Assembly (NCBI RefSeq): GCF_964204865.1
Contig: NC_135250.1
Span: 23,188,001 to 23,252,000 of the forward strand
DNA length: 64,000 nucleotides
DNA from: Styela clava
Taxonomy: Eukaryota
Reading direction: 5' to 3'
The number at the start of each line of letters is the position of its first letter. Position 1 is the stretch's first letter. The notes beneath the pieces were generated by a model. The model was not told the DNA's origin. It did not search any database and was given only the letters and a program-made list of their open reading frames with translations. Made by a program: the position numbers and the translations under genes. Positions 1 through 12,394 of this stretch are shown piece by piece.

Positions 1-1654
1 TCTGATATAATCAATTACGGTACCTAATATGCTCTTTTTTAAAATAGGTTTATTAATATCTATGCTTTTTATTCATGAGATAACTGTTCTATAGATTCGA
101 CATTATGAATTGTCATATTCAGGCTAGTTGCGATAAATCTATTATTACATGGTCCCCATTGTACAAATAAAAGAAAATACAAAACATTTGGGTTTAGGAG
201 GAGTAGTGTTTTTTCAAACATGCCTTAGCCATGACCTTCTGCTGATCACTGTTGTCCAATGCATTATTGGTATTTTGTATCTTTTTGAGGTGAGGCTCAT
301 TTCATACCATCATCTGTATAACGTCATAACAAACTTGTTGTGGCCTTCTAGGCTGAGAACAATCATTCAACTTCTGATATTTCTATTCTGAAAATGATGA
401 TGATTTTGAGAAATTTTTATTTTCAAGAATTTCGTGGCAACTAATGAGCCATGAAATATCATTATTATTTATTGATTTCAATTCCTGATTAACAGACAAG
501 TTCTGTAATAAAAGAATGGTTGAATATGGTTTTATTGAATATCCTTGAAAATTTTATTATTGTAGTATATTCATATTGACTAATTCGCTGAACTTGATAA
601 AATATCTGTGTCAGTGAAATTGTCATTGTTATTGCTTTATGTAATATATAAGATACTAGAAGGAAATATAAATTTTCATTTTGATGCTCGTAGTTAATCT
701 TCTGACAAATTCTTACTGGTATTATTTATGCAATTTTTCACAGCTGTAATTTGCAATATTGATATCATAATTAGATCAGCTGAGAAAGAAATTAAATATT
801 CTCTGATGGTCACGAAGTTCCTACCAGTCTTTATAACATGCTTGTGTCTTCACTCGACAATTTCCCACAAGATTGTTGAAGATGATTTGATGCATATTTT
901 TGATAAAGATCTACACAGACAACACATGTCATTATTGTTTGGCTAAAAGTGGAATTGATATCAGGCTGTGGAGTTGGCAGTTTAGTAAACTCATTTTGAT
1001 ATTGGCTAAAAACCACTATTTTAAATGTCCTCGAGTTGGATTCAAAATAGATCAATGGCTTAAAGTTTTATAAAAAGTTTTTCATACCTAGAACACCAGT
1101 AGATTCTGGAATTGTGGGACAGTTTAAGAAGTGGAGTAGTTTTTTCTTTTGATGTCGTCGCACACAAAAACTGAATACTTAAAAGCCAACAGAATTTTTT
1201 AAAATATGTGAAAGTCATAGACTTTTAGCAAAAAATACAATCTTAACCCAATGGAAATTTTAAAACAATTCCTCCAGTAGGTAATGAGGAAAGATATTTT
1301 TTCACAACAACAACAACATAATAACAAAACGATCCATATGTACACTTCATATCCAATTGGAATCTAGAAGATCGGGAAATCATATTTTAATTAATATTTT
1401 TGGTGATCTGTTATTGTCGAGCAATCGTGATCACACTGGATGGTATCCAAGAGTCATCCAATCCAACACCAAATAGTTAGGGTATTTCCCGTTTCACGGA
1501 CAACAGGCAGGAAGGTGTTGTGTTGTGGGAAATACAACACCGTGCATTTTGTTTCGGCATTCTGGATATACCGGTATAAGTTTATTTTTATTCATCAATG
1601 AACTAGGTATATGTGTGAATGCAATATTGAAGAGACTTTATGTCATTAATTTTT

Positions 1655-2642
1655 GGGTTCTTACTACTTACTGAATACCGTACAGCGCAAAACAGAGGGA
1701 AACAGCTCATAACAGAGGAAAATAGCGCAAAACAGAAGGAAACCAGCGCAAAACAGGAGACGCAGTTATTACCACCTCATGACGGCTCCTGTCACGAAAG
1801 AACAACGGTGCCTCTCGCCATGGTTTTATGGTGCTATTACCGGTATTTTTACAAGGTTATGTAGCATTGTTCGGATCTGGTATAGTTTAGTACCACATGC
1901 ACTTCTAGTTGGCCTGGCTCAACAATTTTTGCATATGTTAATCCTAATCCCCACCTGACTACGTCATCAGAAAATTACATCATTTGGACGTCACAGTGGC
2001 GTAATAAGACCCACCAAAGTATGAGGATGGTCGTCCAAATCGCGCAGACGATCACCCGAAATCGAGCAAGCTAGTTCTCTCGTTTTTTCGTCACAACGAT
2101 CACCATAGGAGAGGGATCGTCGGCGTTAGCGAGTTCGTTATCGCAGCAGATGGCGCAGATGCCATTTCGGGCGATTGTAAATATACTTTGGCAAGCCATA
2201 TTACGTGACGGTGACGTCCTAGTGACGTTATTTTTGGATGGCATAGTCAGGTGGGGATTAGGAATAATATATGCAAAATTCGTTATGCTACACCCACTGG
2301 AAGTACTTGTGGTACTAAACTATACTAGACCCGCGGATTCTAGGTCATCATGCGAAATTTTATCTACTTTTTTATTATCTAACCCTAAAGCTAAATCAAT
2401 TAAAACTGTATCCATATGGAAAATGTTCTAAATTGCATTACCCAAAATGTGTCACTAGCAGGGGCAGACCTGCCATTGCAACCTACATGCCTTGGTTTGT
2501 GTTTTTAATTTGCTGTCGTAGTAACCAACTAAAAAAATGAATAAATATGTGCCCCAATTCATTGCAAATTTTTTTTCTGTTTTGCGCTGTTTCCCCCTGT
2601 GTTCTCCTCTGTTTCGCGCTGTATTCAGTAAGTAGGAAGACC
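1655..2642. mobile_element. Outer MITE; other copies at ~8936-10086, 27608-28605, 51153-51682 and 58136-59670
   Basis: Inverted termini GGTCTTACTACTTACTGAATACAGCGC with subterminal GCGCAAAACAG repeats; TSD not resolved. Confidence 0.75.
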
Positions 2643-3749
2643 GTTTATTTTTGGAATGTCAATGGGCTGTTGCATAGAAAATAATAAAAATACTATTTTA
2701 GCAAATGAATCACAAAAGTACGCGAAAAATCAACAATTCGGGAATATCGAAATGATGAAATAGTTAAAAGTAGGAGTACTATGCGTTCAATTTTCAAATG
2801 TTAACTGATAGAAATTTTAAATTTATTGAAAACAAGTGAAAGAAAGGATTTATTATTGTATGAACACATGGATGATCTCATACATAGATCAATCATGATG
2901 TGACATTGTTTTATGCAACACCAGCTTTGATGAATATATGGGAAGATTCAAATGTCCAAATTTATGCATCATTTTGATTTAATTCATAGATAGATAGTGA
3001 ATAGAAAAATCCCAAAACACCTACTTTGTTGTCTGATTTTCTATCTAAATTAACCAAATTGATCAATTAGTGCTAAATATATATAAAATGTGTGCACGAA
3101 TTGGATGACAACTGCATGATAATATGGATTAACTTATTTTCAATTGACATATATTGTATTAAATATGATACAAAACTCCGGTGATGGTATGGTTTTATAT
3201 TTTAATTGTTACATATATTATTTGAACTTGTGGGGAATGTTAACTTGTGCTATCGATTGGGTTTCTACAAGATCACCTACTTTTCCGTTTTCTATGCTTT
3301 TGCGTCGGTGGATCCGTATGCATATAATGCGAGGATGCTGTAGCGAGAGTGAAGATAACTATCCTGAGTAATTCAATAAATGGTCTTGCTGCACACTAAT
3401 GTGTTTGAGATTATGAAAGTGTTCCGTTTGGCATTGGAATTTATTTGGTAAGAAAAATAAAAGAAGGTGTTGTGTTTGTGGGAAATATTTGAGATATTGA
3501 GAATATTGAGTCAAGTGATAGATAGTGAATAGAAAATGCTAAAACACCCACTTTGGATGTTTTCTGTCTAATTTCTATGCAAAAATTAATTAGGGGTAAT
3601 ATATATAAAATGTGTGCACAAATCAGATGACATCTCCATGATAATATGGATTAACTCATTTGTTACATATATTGTTTGAAATGATAAAACTGTTTAATTT
3701 GGGGCAACTTATACTAATTGGACACTAAGATCTCTATACGAAATAGAGG

Positions 3750-4030
3750 TAAGATTGGGCCAAAAATTCTGGCCCGGCCCAAGCCCGACTAATTAACTGG
3801 ATTTGCAAACCCGAAAGTAACTATTTTATTCAGTTCATCGAATTGTCATTGCAAGAGTTGATGAGGCAACTTCTGTTTTTTTGCAAACCACGGTCTCTCG
3901 TGGCCAAAACACGGCCGAAACGCCTCATTTAAAAAGAGTCATCGATAGAGAAGCCCGACCCCAACGTGAGGATTGACATTTCAGGCCTGATCAGGCTGGA
4001 ATTTTGGGTTGACTCAGGCTTCAGATCTTA
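3750..4030. mobile_element. Old hAT-like MITE upstream of K1; also ~11106-11412, 29294-34816 (split by the Gypsy), ~52245-52464 (partial) and ~59974-60292
   Basis: TAAGATTGGGCC...CAGATCTTA ends with GCCCGA subterminal repeats. Confidence 0.55.
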
Positions 4031-4942
4031 GCTTCAATATGAAAATTCAGTTTGGCATTGGAATTTATTTAGCAAGAAAAAAAAAGTCATAGTCAAGTTG
4101 ATTTTTTCCAACCAGTAATATATTCAACAGATACAAATGCGAAAAACATGCGAAAGAGTAAAGAATATAATTTTACTGGGAACTGAAATGACTGGGAAAT
4201 GAAGTCGCGAGAGATTTGATGGTGGGCCTGTTATCCAACTAAACCTAATTGAAATTAGGTATGATCATCTGTAGTGGGCTCGACATTGGAAGACTGGAGA
4301 AAAAAGATGATAGAGAACAGGTTTAGACAGGCTAATGAGTAATGACGGGATGAATTCCATTAAACATTAGTTGTTTAACATGCCCATACAGAATATGATA
4401 CCAGTACTCAAATATGAAACATATACTGTCATAAGCTAGCATTTGGATAGGCGCATTATACTGCAATATATATGAATAAATAGATGTTGGAGTGTCAGTT
4501 CAGGTTTATAGGCTTCGAAACATCTCGAGAACAAACCAAATTGAACTATTATTATTACATGATACCGGTACTTGCATTGTACATTCCACAAGAGAATTGT
4601 TTTTTCAGACATATAGACTTGATAGGTGTATTTGATGTTCTTGGTACAGCAACGTTTATCTGTCCTGTTGCCAATTTAACAGTTGGTTGAACAAATTTTA
4701 AGTTTTTCTGTTTTGCTCAGTTCAAGCAATTCTGGTATATTTAAGATGGTCTGGATCATGCAGTTGTACTTTGTGATGAAAACTTTTTTTTGTAAAATTG
4801 AGGTTTACTTTTCATTGACTGTAATGTCTAATTAATTACCGTATCTTTGAATTAATTATTTTTTTCTATTGTTTAAGGTCTTTTCAATAATATTAGTAGT
4901 ATCATAAAATTCTATATAAAATCAAACCAAGGCATCTCAAAA

Positions 4943-6574
4943 ATGGAAGAAAAAATCAATACAGATTCTAAAGAACATGCTTTTGAAATTTTACAACAAT
5001 TAAATGAATATCGTAAAACTCGACGTCATTGTGATTTCATGATCAAAGCTGGATCTGAGGAACTTCCTGTTCATAGGAATATTGTGTCGGCAAGTTCCGA
5101 TTATTTTAAAGCAATGTTATCTCATGAAAATGTTGAAACAAAATCTGGTGTCGTTGTAATAAAGGAATTTGATGAAGTTTGTGTTAAAAAATGTGTTGAT
5201 TTCATTTACACTGGGGATGCTTATGTTGCCAAAGAAAAACGTGAAACACTCATGGGTGTCGCTCACATGATGCAGCTGCAAAGACTTTGTGATAGTATCG
5301 CAATTTTTCTGGAAGATGATCTTGATCCTAGATCGTTTTTTCAAACTAAAAAAATTGCGAATAGATACAACTGTGAACAACTTGAGGAAAAATGCAATCA
5401 ATTCGCATTGCAGCGTTTTATAGAAATTGCCCAGTCAGATGAGTTTATGGATCTTGATGAAAAATTTATTTCATTTCTGATGGAATCAAATGAAACAAAA
5501 GCAAAGGAAGAAGGGAAATGTAAGATGTTGTTAGCATGGACCAAACATGATATTGATGAAAGAAAGGAATGTTTTCTTAGTTTGGTGATGAAATTTCAGT
5601 TGACAAAAATGACTTTGTCATATAGAAGATTTCTTGTTGAAAATGAACCATTGTTATTTGAATCTATGCAGTCTATCCAGTCACTGACTTTGTCAATATT
5701 AGACAGTCATGGGGATATCAGCTCAAAAGATTTTAATTTAACAAAGAATAAACAGCTTGTTGTTTTTGATCAAACTTCTCAAAGAATGCATTCTATTGAT
5801 GTTATTGATAAAACATGGACTCCAATGCAAACCATAGATCAAGCAATTATAAAGAATTTATATTCTGCTGTAATGATGGAACCTTACATTTATGTGATTT
5901 GTACAAATAAATTATTTTATAGACTTGAATATGCTGAATCAAATGCAAAGTGGGAACAAATGGCAAATACAAATCTTCAGTATGCTTGTGTAGTTGCACT
6001 TGATGGTTTTGTTTATGGTATTGAGTATGGAGGGCGCCCAAACATTATGGAAAGATATGATCCATCAAATAATAGATGGACCAGACTAACAAACAAATCA
6101 TTGATTCTATATGGAGAATCTTTGGTGGCTGCTGATGGAAAGGTGTTTTGTATTGCAGGACATTCTGATCAACAACATCGAGCAACAAACCAAGTTGAGA
6201 TTTATGATCCTGTCACATCAACTTGGTCAATGGATAATAGATCATTGAATGAAGCAAGATATCGTGCTTCTGCAACTGTCACAGAGGAAGGAATATATGT
6301 TATGGGAGGTTGTAATGTTAATGGAACATCAACTCTCACTACTGTTGAATTTCGTTCATCTGTAACTAAAACCTGGATGATGTTGAAACCAATGAAAAAT
6401 GCAAGATTTAACTTCAGTAGTTGTGTGATTGATGGGAAAGTTTATGTCATTGGTGGAAATGGAAATTCTGCAAATATAGAGGAATATGATCCCGAAATAA
6501 AAGAATGGAAAATCATTGAAACAATACAAGGAAAAAATATTTTTCCAAGAGCAACAGTTGCAATATCTATATAA
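4943..6574 (+). CDS. Kelch-like protein (BTB-BACK-Kelch), copy K1, intact, 543 aa
   Basis: BTB motif HCDFMIKAG..LPVHRNIVSASSDYFKAM, CVDFIYTG, BACK region, Kelch repeats (VYVIGG..IEEYDP..W). Uninterrupted ORF; splice acceptor tttttctattgtttaag ~65 nt upstream of the ATG. Confidence 0.95.
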   Translation: MEEKINTDSKEHAFEILQQLNEYRKTRRHCDFMIKAGSEELPVHRNIVSASSDYFKAMLSHENVETKSGVVVIKEFDEVCVKKCVDFIYTGDAYVAKEKRETLMGVAHMMQLQRLCDSIAIFLEDDLDPRSFFQTKKIANRYNCEQLEEKCNQFALQRFIEIAQSDEFMDLDEKFISFLMESNETKAKEEGKCKMLLAWTKHDIDERKECFLSLVMKFQLTKMTLSYRRFLVENEPLLFESMQSIQSLTLSILDSHGDISSKDFNLTKNKQLVVFDQTSQRMHSIDVIDKTWTPMQTIDQAIIKNLYSAVMMEPYIYVICTNKLFYRLEYAESNAKWEQMANTNLQYACVVALDGFVYGIEYGGRPNIMERYDPSNNRWTRLTNKSLILYGESLVAADGKVFCIAGHSDQQHRATNQVEIYDPVTSTWSMDNRSLNEARYRASATVTEEGIYVMGGCNVNGTSTLTTVEFRSSVTKTWMMLKPMKNARFNFSSCVIDGKVYVIGGNGNSANIEEYDPEIKEWKIIETIQGKNIFPRATVAISI

Positions 6575-8993
6575 CATTGAAAGCTCATATTCCTGGACAT
6601 ACATGGCTCTCATATGCTTATTAAAAAATTCCTGTCAACATTTCTAATTTTTTTCTAAATTTTTATCATAAAATGATGAGGGCTAGAAACCTAATTTTCG
6701 TGCATCATAATACTCAGCTAAATAATTTAAATTTATCAAACATTTATTTATTTATCTATCTTATGTTCTAGTATTAAGTTATAGTTAGCTTAAGAATGAA
6801 TGTATGATTTAATATCAAGTTTATTGAATTTTTTCATACATTTATCTAACACTATTGATAATTTGACAGCCTGATGCTAAACATTACTTGATTTTATTAA
6901 GAAGTTGTTATTCGAATCTTATTAACGGTTTCTTATTTTCCCTAATTTATTATATTATTGAACTGTTAATGATCAAGATTTTAATTTGGTATTCTTCGAC
7001 ATTTTCTATTTTTTCATTATTTCATTCAATTTTGTGACATGCCACAATGGGACGTTGACCAATTTCAATTTTTATTTATGAATCATGGTTTAATAATTTG
7101 AAATTCTTTTATTCACAATGCCTAAATTGTTTTGAAAAATTTCATTTGATCTTAGTTTAACACAACAATTCAAGTTTTTCAATTGTTGCTGAGAATGGGT
7201 TAATATTAAATAATCATTTGCTTTAGTGATAATCACTGTATTTTTTTGAAATATTAATTTTGTTTCCACTGCTTTTCTGATATAATCAATTACGGTACCT
7301 AATATGCTCTTTTTTAAAATAGGTTTATTAATATCTATGCTTTTTATTCATGAGATAACTGTTCTATAGATTCGACATTATGAATCGTCATATTCAGGCT
7401 AGTTGCGATAAATCTATTATGACATGGCCCCCGTTGTACAAATAAAAGAAAATACAAAACTTTTGGGTTTAGGAGGAGTAGTGTTTATTCAAACATGCCT
7501 TAGCCATGACCTTCTGCTGCTCACTGTTGTCCAATGCATTATTGGTATTTTGTATCTTTTTGAGATGAGGCTCATTTCATACCATCATCTGTATAACGTC
7601 ATAACAAACTTGTTGTGGCCTTCTAGGCTGAGAACAATTATTCAACTTCTGATATTTCTATTCTGAAAATGATGATGATTTTGAGAAATTTTCATTTTCA
7701 AGAATTTCTTGGCAACTAATGAGCCATGAAATATTATTAATATTTATTGATTTCAATTTCTGATTAACAGACAATAAGTTCTGTAATAAAAGAATGGTTG
7801 AATATGGTTTTATTGAATATTCTTGAAAATTTTATTATTGTAGTATATTCATATTGACTAATTCACTGAACTTGATAAAATATACTGTATCAGTGAAATT
7901 GTCATTGTTATTGCTTTATGTACCTATATATAAGGTACTCGAAGGAAATATAAATTTTCATTTTGATGCTCGTAGTTAATATTCTGACAAATTCTTACTG
8001 GTATTATTTATGCAATTTTTCACAGCTGTAATTTGCAATATTAATATCATAATTAGATCAGCTGAAAAAGAAATTAAATATTTTCTGATGGTCGCGAAGT
8101 TCCTGCTTGTCTTCATAACATGCTTGATTTATCACTCGGCAATTTCCCAAAAGATTGTTGAAGATGATTTGATGCCTACTTTTGATAAAGATCTACACAG
8201 ACAACACATGTCATTATTGTTTGGCAAAAAGTGGAATTGATATCAGGCTGTGAAGTTGGCAGTTTAATAAACTCATTTTGATATTGGCTAAAAACCACTA
8301 TTTTAAATGTCCTCGAGTTGGATTCAAAATATATTTTTAGTTTAAAGTTTTATAAAAAGTTTTTCATACCTAGAACACCAGTAGATTCTGGAATTGTGAG
8401 AAAGTTTAAAAAGTGGAGTAGTTTTTTATCTTGATGTCGTCGCACACAAAAACTGAATACCAAAAAGCCAACAGAATTTTTAAAATAAGTGAAAGTCATA
8501 GACTTTTAGCAAAAAATACAATCTTTACCCAATGGAAATTTTAAAACAATTCCTCCAGTAGGTAATGAGGAAAGATATTTTTTCACAACAACAACAACAT
8601 AATAACAAAACGATCCATATGTACACTTCATATCCAATTAGAATCTAGAAGATCGGAAAATTATATTTTAATTAATATTTTTGATGATCTGTCATTGTCG
8701 AGCAATCGTGATCACATTGGATGGTATCCAAGAGTCACTCAATCCAACTCCAGATAGTTAGGTTATTCCCCGTTTCACGGACAACAGGCAGGAAGGTGTG
8801 TTGTGGGAAATACAACACGGTGCATTTTGTTTCGACATTCTGGACATACCGGTATAAGTTTATTTTTATTCACCAATGAACCAGGTATATGTGTGAATGC
8901 AATATTGAAGAGACTTCATGATGTCATTAATTTTTGGGGTCAGCGCGAAACACCGCAAAACAGAGGGAAACAGCGCATAACAGAGGAAAATAG

Positions 8994-9171
8994 TAGAAGT
9001 ATAAGTTTATTTCGACTCCATAATCAGCAATAGACGATAAAAAAATAGATAAAAGTAAAAGTAACTGATTATAGAATCTGGGAAGCGAACAAAACCTAGA
9101 GTAAGGTTTGAAACGTACAGATTTTAGATGGAAAGGTATTGATAAAAGAAGTAGTACGAGTTCGCTCACCC
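8994..9171. mobile_element. Unclassified ~180-bp insertion in an outer MITE copy
   Basis: Absent from other MITE copies; flanked by AAAATAG on both sides. Confidence 0.5.
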
Positions 9172-9326
9172 AAAAAATAGCGCAAAACAGAAGGAAACCA
9201 GCGCAAAACAGGAGACGCAGTTATTACCACCTCGTGACGGCTCCTGCCACGAAAGAACAACGGTGCCTCTCGTCATGGTTTTATGGTGCTATTTCCGGTA
9301 TTTTTACAAGGTTATGTAGCGGATTC

Positions 9327-9780
9327 GGGTCTGGTATAGTTTAGTACCACATGCACTTCTAAATGGCCTGGCTCAACAATTTTTGCATATGTTAATCCTA
9401 ACCCCCACCTGACTTCGTCACCGGAAAATTACGTCATTTGGACGTCACAGTGGCGTAATAAGACCCACCAAAGTATGAGGATGGTCGTCCAAATCGCGCA
9501 GACAATCACCCAAAATCGAGCAAGTTAGTTCTCTCGTTTTTTCGTCACAACGATCACCATAGGAGAGAGATCGTCGGCGTTACCGAGTTCGTTATCGGCG
9601 GCGCAGATGCCATTTCGGGCGATTGTAATTATACTTTGGCAAGCCATATCACGTGACGGTGACGTCCTAGTGACGTAATTTTTGGATGGCATAGTCAGGT
9701 GGGGATTAGGAATAACATATGCAAAATTCGTTATGCTACACCCACTGGAAGTACTTGTGGTACTAAACTATACTAGACCC
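9327..9780. mobile_element. Inner MITE with long imperfect TIRs and 8-bp TSD (Merlin/MULE-like); also at 1873-2332 and 27832-28284
   Basis: GGGTCTGGTATAGTTTAGTACCAC...GTGGTACTAAACTATACTAGACCC; TSD GCGGATTC; empty site at ~58362. Confidence 0.88.
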
Positions 9781-11477
9781 GCGGATTCTAGGTCATCATG
9801 CGAAATTTTATCTAACCCTAAAGCTAAATCAATTAAAACTGTATCCATATGGAAAATGTTCTAAATTGCATTACCCAAAATGTGTCACTAGCAGGGGCAG
9901 ACCTGCCATTACAACCAACATGCCTTGGTTTGGGTTTTTAATTTGCTGCCGTGGTACCCCAACTAAAAAAATAAATAAATATGTGCCCCAACTTATTGCA
10001 AATTTTATTTCTGTTTTGCGCTGTTTCCCCCTGTTTTGTGTGCTGTTCTCCTCTGTTTCGTGCTGTATTCAGTAAGTAGTAAGACCGTTTAATTTTGGAA
10101 TACAATGGGCTGTTGCATAGAAAATAATCAAAATACTATTTTAGCAAATGAATCACAAAAGTATGCGAAAAATCAACAATTTGGGAATATCGAAATTCAG
10201 TTAAAAATGATGAAATAGTTAAAAGTAGAAGTACTATGCGTTCAATTTTTAAATGTTAACTGATAGAAATTTAAATTTATTGAAAACAGGTGAAAGAAAT
10301 GATTTATTATTGTATGAACACATGGATGATCTCATACATAGATCAATCATGATGTGACATTTTTTTCAAGCAAAAATAAACTAAATCTATCAATTATTGG
10401 TAAATATAATATAAAATGTGTGCACAAATTGGATGACAACTGTATGATAATATGGATTAACTTATTTCCAATTGACATATATTGTATTATATATGATACA
10501 AAACTTCGGTGATGGTATGGTTTTATATTTTAATTGTTACATATATTATTAGAACTTGTTGGGAATGTTAACTTGTGCTATCGATTAGGTTTCTACAAGA
10601 TCAACTACTTTTCCGTTTTCTATGCTTTTGCGTTGGTGGATCCGTATGCATATAATGCAAGGATGCTGTAGCGAGAGTGATGATAACTATTCTGAGTAAT
10701 TCAATGAATGGTCTTGCTGCACACTAATGTGTTTGAAATTATGAAAGTGTTCCGTTTGGCATTGGAATTTATTTGGTGGGAAAAATAAAAGAAGGTGTTG
10801 TGTTTATGGGAAATATTTGAGATATTGAGCCAAGTGGTAGATAGTGAATAGAAAATGCCAAAACACCCACTTTGGATGTTTTCTGTCTAATTTTCTAATT
10901 CTATGCATAAATTAACTATTTCGATTAATTTATATATATATAAAATGTGTGCACGAATTGGATGACGTCTCTATAATAATATGGATTAACTCATTTGTTA
11001 CATATATTATTTGAACATGTTGCCAATTCAATTGAAATTATAAAACTGTTTAATTTGGGGCAACTTATACTAATTCGACACTAAAATGTCTATATAAAAA
11101 AAAGGTAAGATTGGGCCAAAAATTCCGGCCCGACCCAGGCCCGAGGGAATTAAACCCGACCCAAGCCCGACTAATTAACTGGATTTGCAGGCCCGAAGCA
11201 AACCCGAAAGTTCCTATTGTATTTAGTTCATCGAATTGTCATTGCAAGAGTTAATGAGGCAACTTCTGTTTTTTTGCAAACCACATTCTCTCGTGGCCGA
11301 AACGCCTCATTTAAAAAGAGTCAGCGATAAAGAAGCCCAACCCAAACTTAAGGATTGATATTTCAGGCCTGACCAGTCCCGAATTTTGGGTTGGCTCAGG
11401 CTTCAGATCTTAGCTTCAATATGAAAATTCTCTTTGGCATTGGATTTTATTTGGCGAGAAAAAAAAAGTCATAGTCA

Positions 11478-11616
11478 AGTTGATTGTTTCCAACCGGTAT
11501 TAAATTCAACAGATACAAATGCAAAAAACATGCGAAAGAGTGAAGAATAGAGAGTTGATTGTTTCCAACCGGTAATATATTCAACAGATACAAATGCAAA
11601 AAACATGCGAAAGAGT
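11478..11616. repeat. Local tandem duplication of ~65-75 bp, unique to the K2 unit
   Basis: agttgattgtttccaaccggta...catgcgaaagagt occurs twice; paralogous units have one copy. Confidence 0.85.
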
Positions 11617-12394
11617 AAAGAATATAATTTTACTGGCAGATTGGGAAGAGAAGTCGCGGGGAGATTTGATGGTGGGCCTGTTATCCAACTAAACCTAATT
11701 GAAATTATGATCATCTGTAGTGGGCTGGACATTGGGAGACTGGAGAAAAAAGAGGATAAAGATCAGGTTCAGACAGGCTAATGACGGAATGAATTCCATT
11801 AAACATTAGTTGTTTAACATGCCCATATGGAGTATGATATCAGTACTCAAATATGAAATAACAGAATCAGAATGAAACATATACTATCATGAGCTAGCAT
11901 TTGGATAGGCGCATTATACTGCAATATGTATGAATAAATAGATAATAAAACTATGTTGGAGTGTCAGTTCAGGTTTTTAGGCTTCGAAACATCTCGAGAA
12001 CAAACCAAATTAAACTATTATTATTACATGATACCGGTACTTGCATTGTACGTTCCACAAGAGAATTATATTTTCAGACATATGGACTTGATAGGCGTAT
12101 TTGATGTTCTTGGTACAGCAACGTTTATCTGTTCTGTTGTCAATTCAACAGTTGGATGAACAATTTTTAAGTTTTTCTGTTTTGCTCAGTTCAAGCAATT
12201 CTGGTATATTTAAGTTGTACTTGGTGATGTAAACTTTTTTTTTTTAATATAAAGATTTATTTTTGATTGACTGTAATGTCTAATTAATTATCGTATTTTT
12301 AAATTAATTATTTTTTTCTATTGTTTAAGGTCTTTTCAATAATAGTAGTAGTATCATAAAATTATTTATAAAATCAAACCAAGTCATCTCAAAA

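Larger units (their letters stand above)
1..7275 (+). repeat. Basic ~7.3-kb tandem duplication unit (spacer plus KLHL gene)
   Basis: Sequence at position 1 recurs at 7276; the same spacer recurs at ~24400, ~26240, ~45300, ~55180 and ~63600. Confidence 0.9.

Noticed and set aside
1992-2215. Separate Transib/CACTA-like element inside the inner MITE (CACAGTG...CGGTG)
   Set aside because: It is part of the long imperfect inverted arms of the inner MITE; no separate TSD or empty site.
149-4690. Recurrent short plus-strand ORFs in spacers (MQFFTAV..., MLECQFRF..., MDGIVRWG...)
   Set aside because: They recur only because the spacer is duplicated; starts and stops vary between copies and several lie inside MITEs.
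5117-5401. Conserved antisense ORF repeated in every KLHL copy
   Set aside because: Shadow of the near-identical BTB coding strand; no independent evidence.
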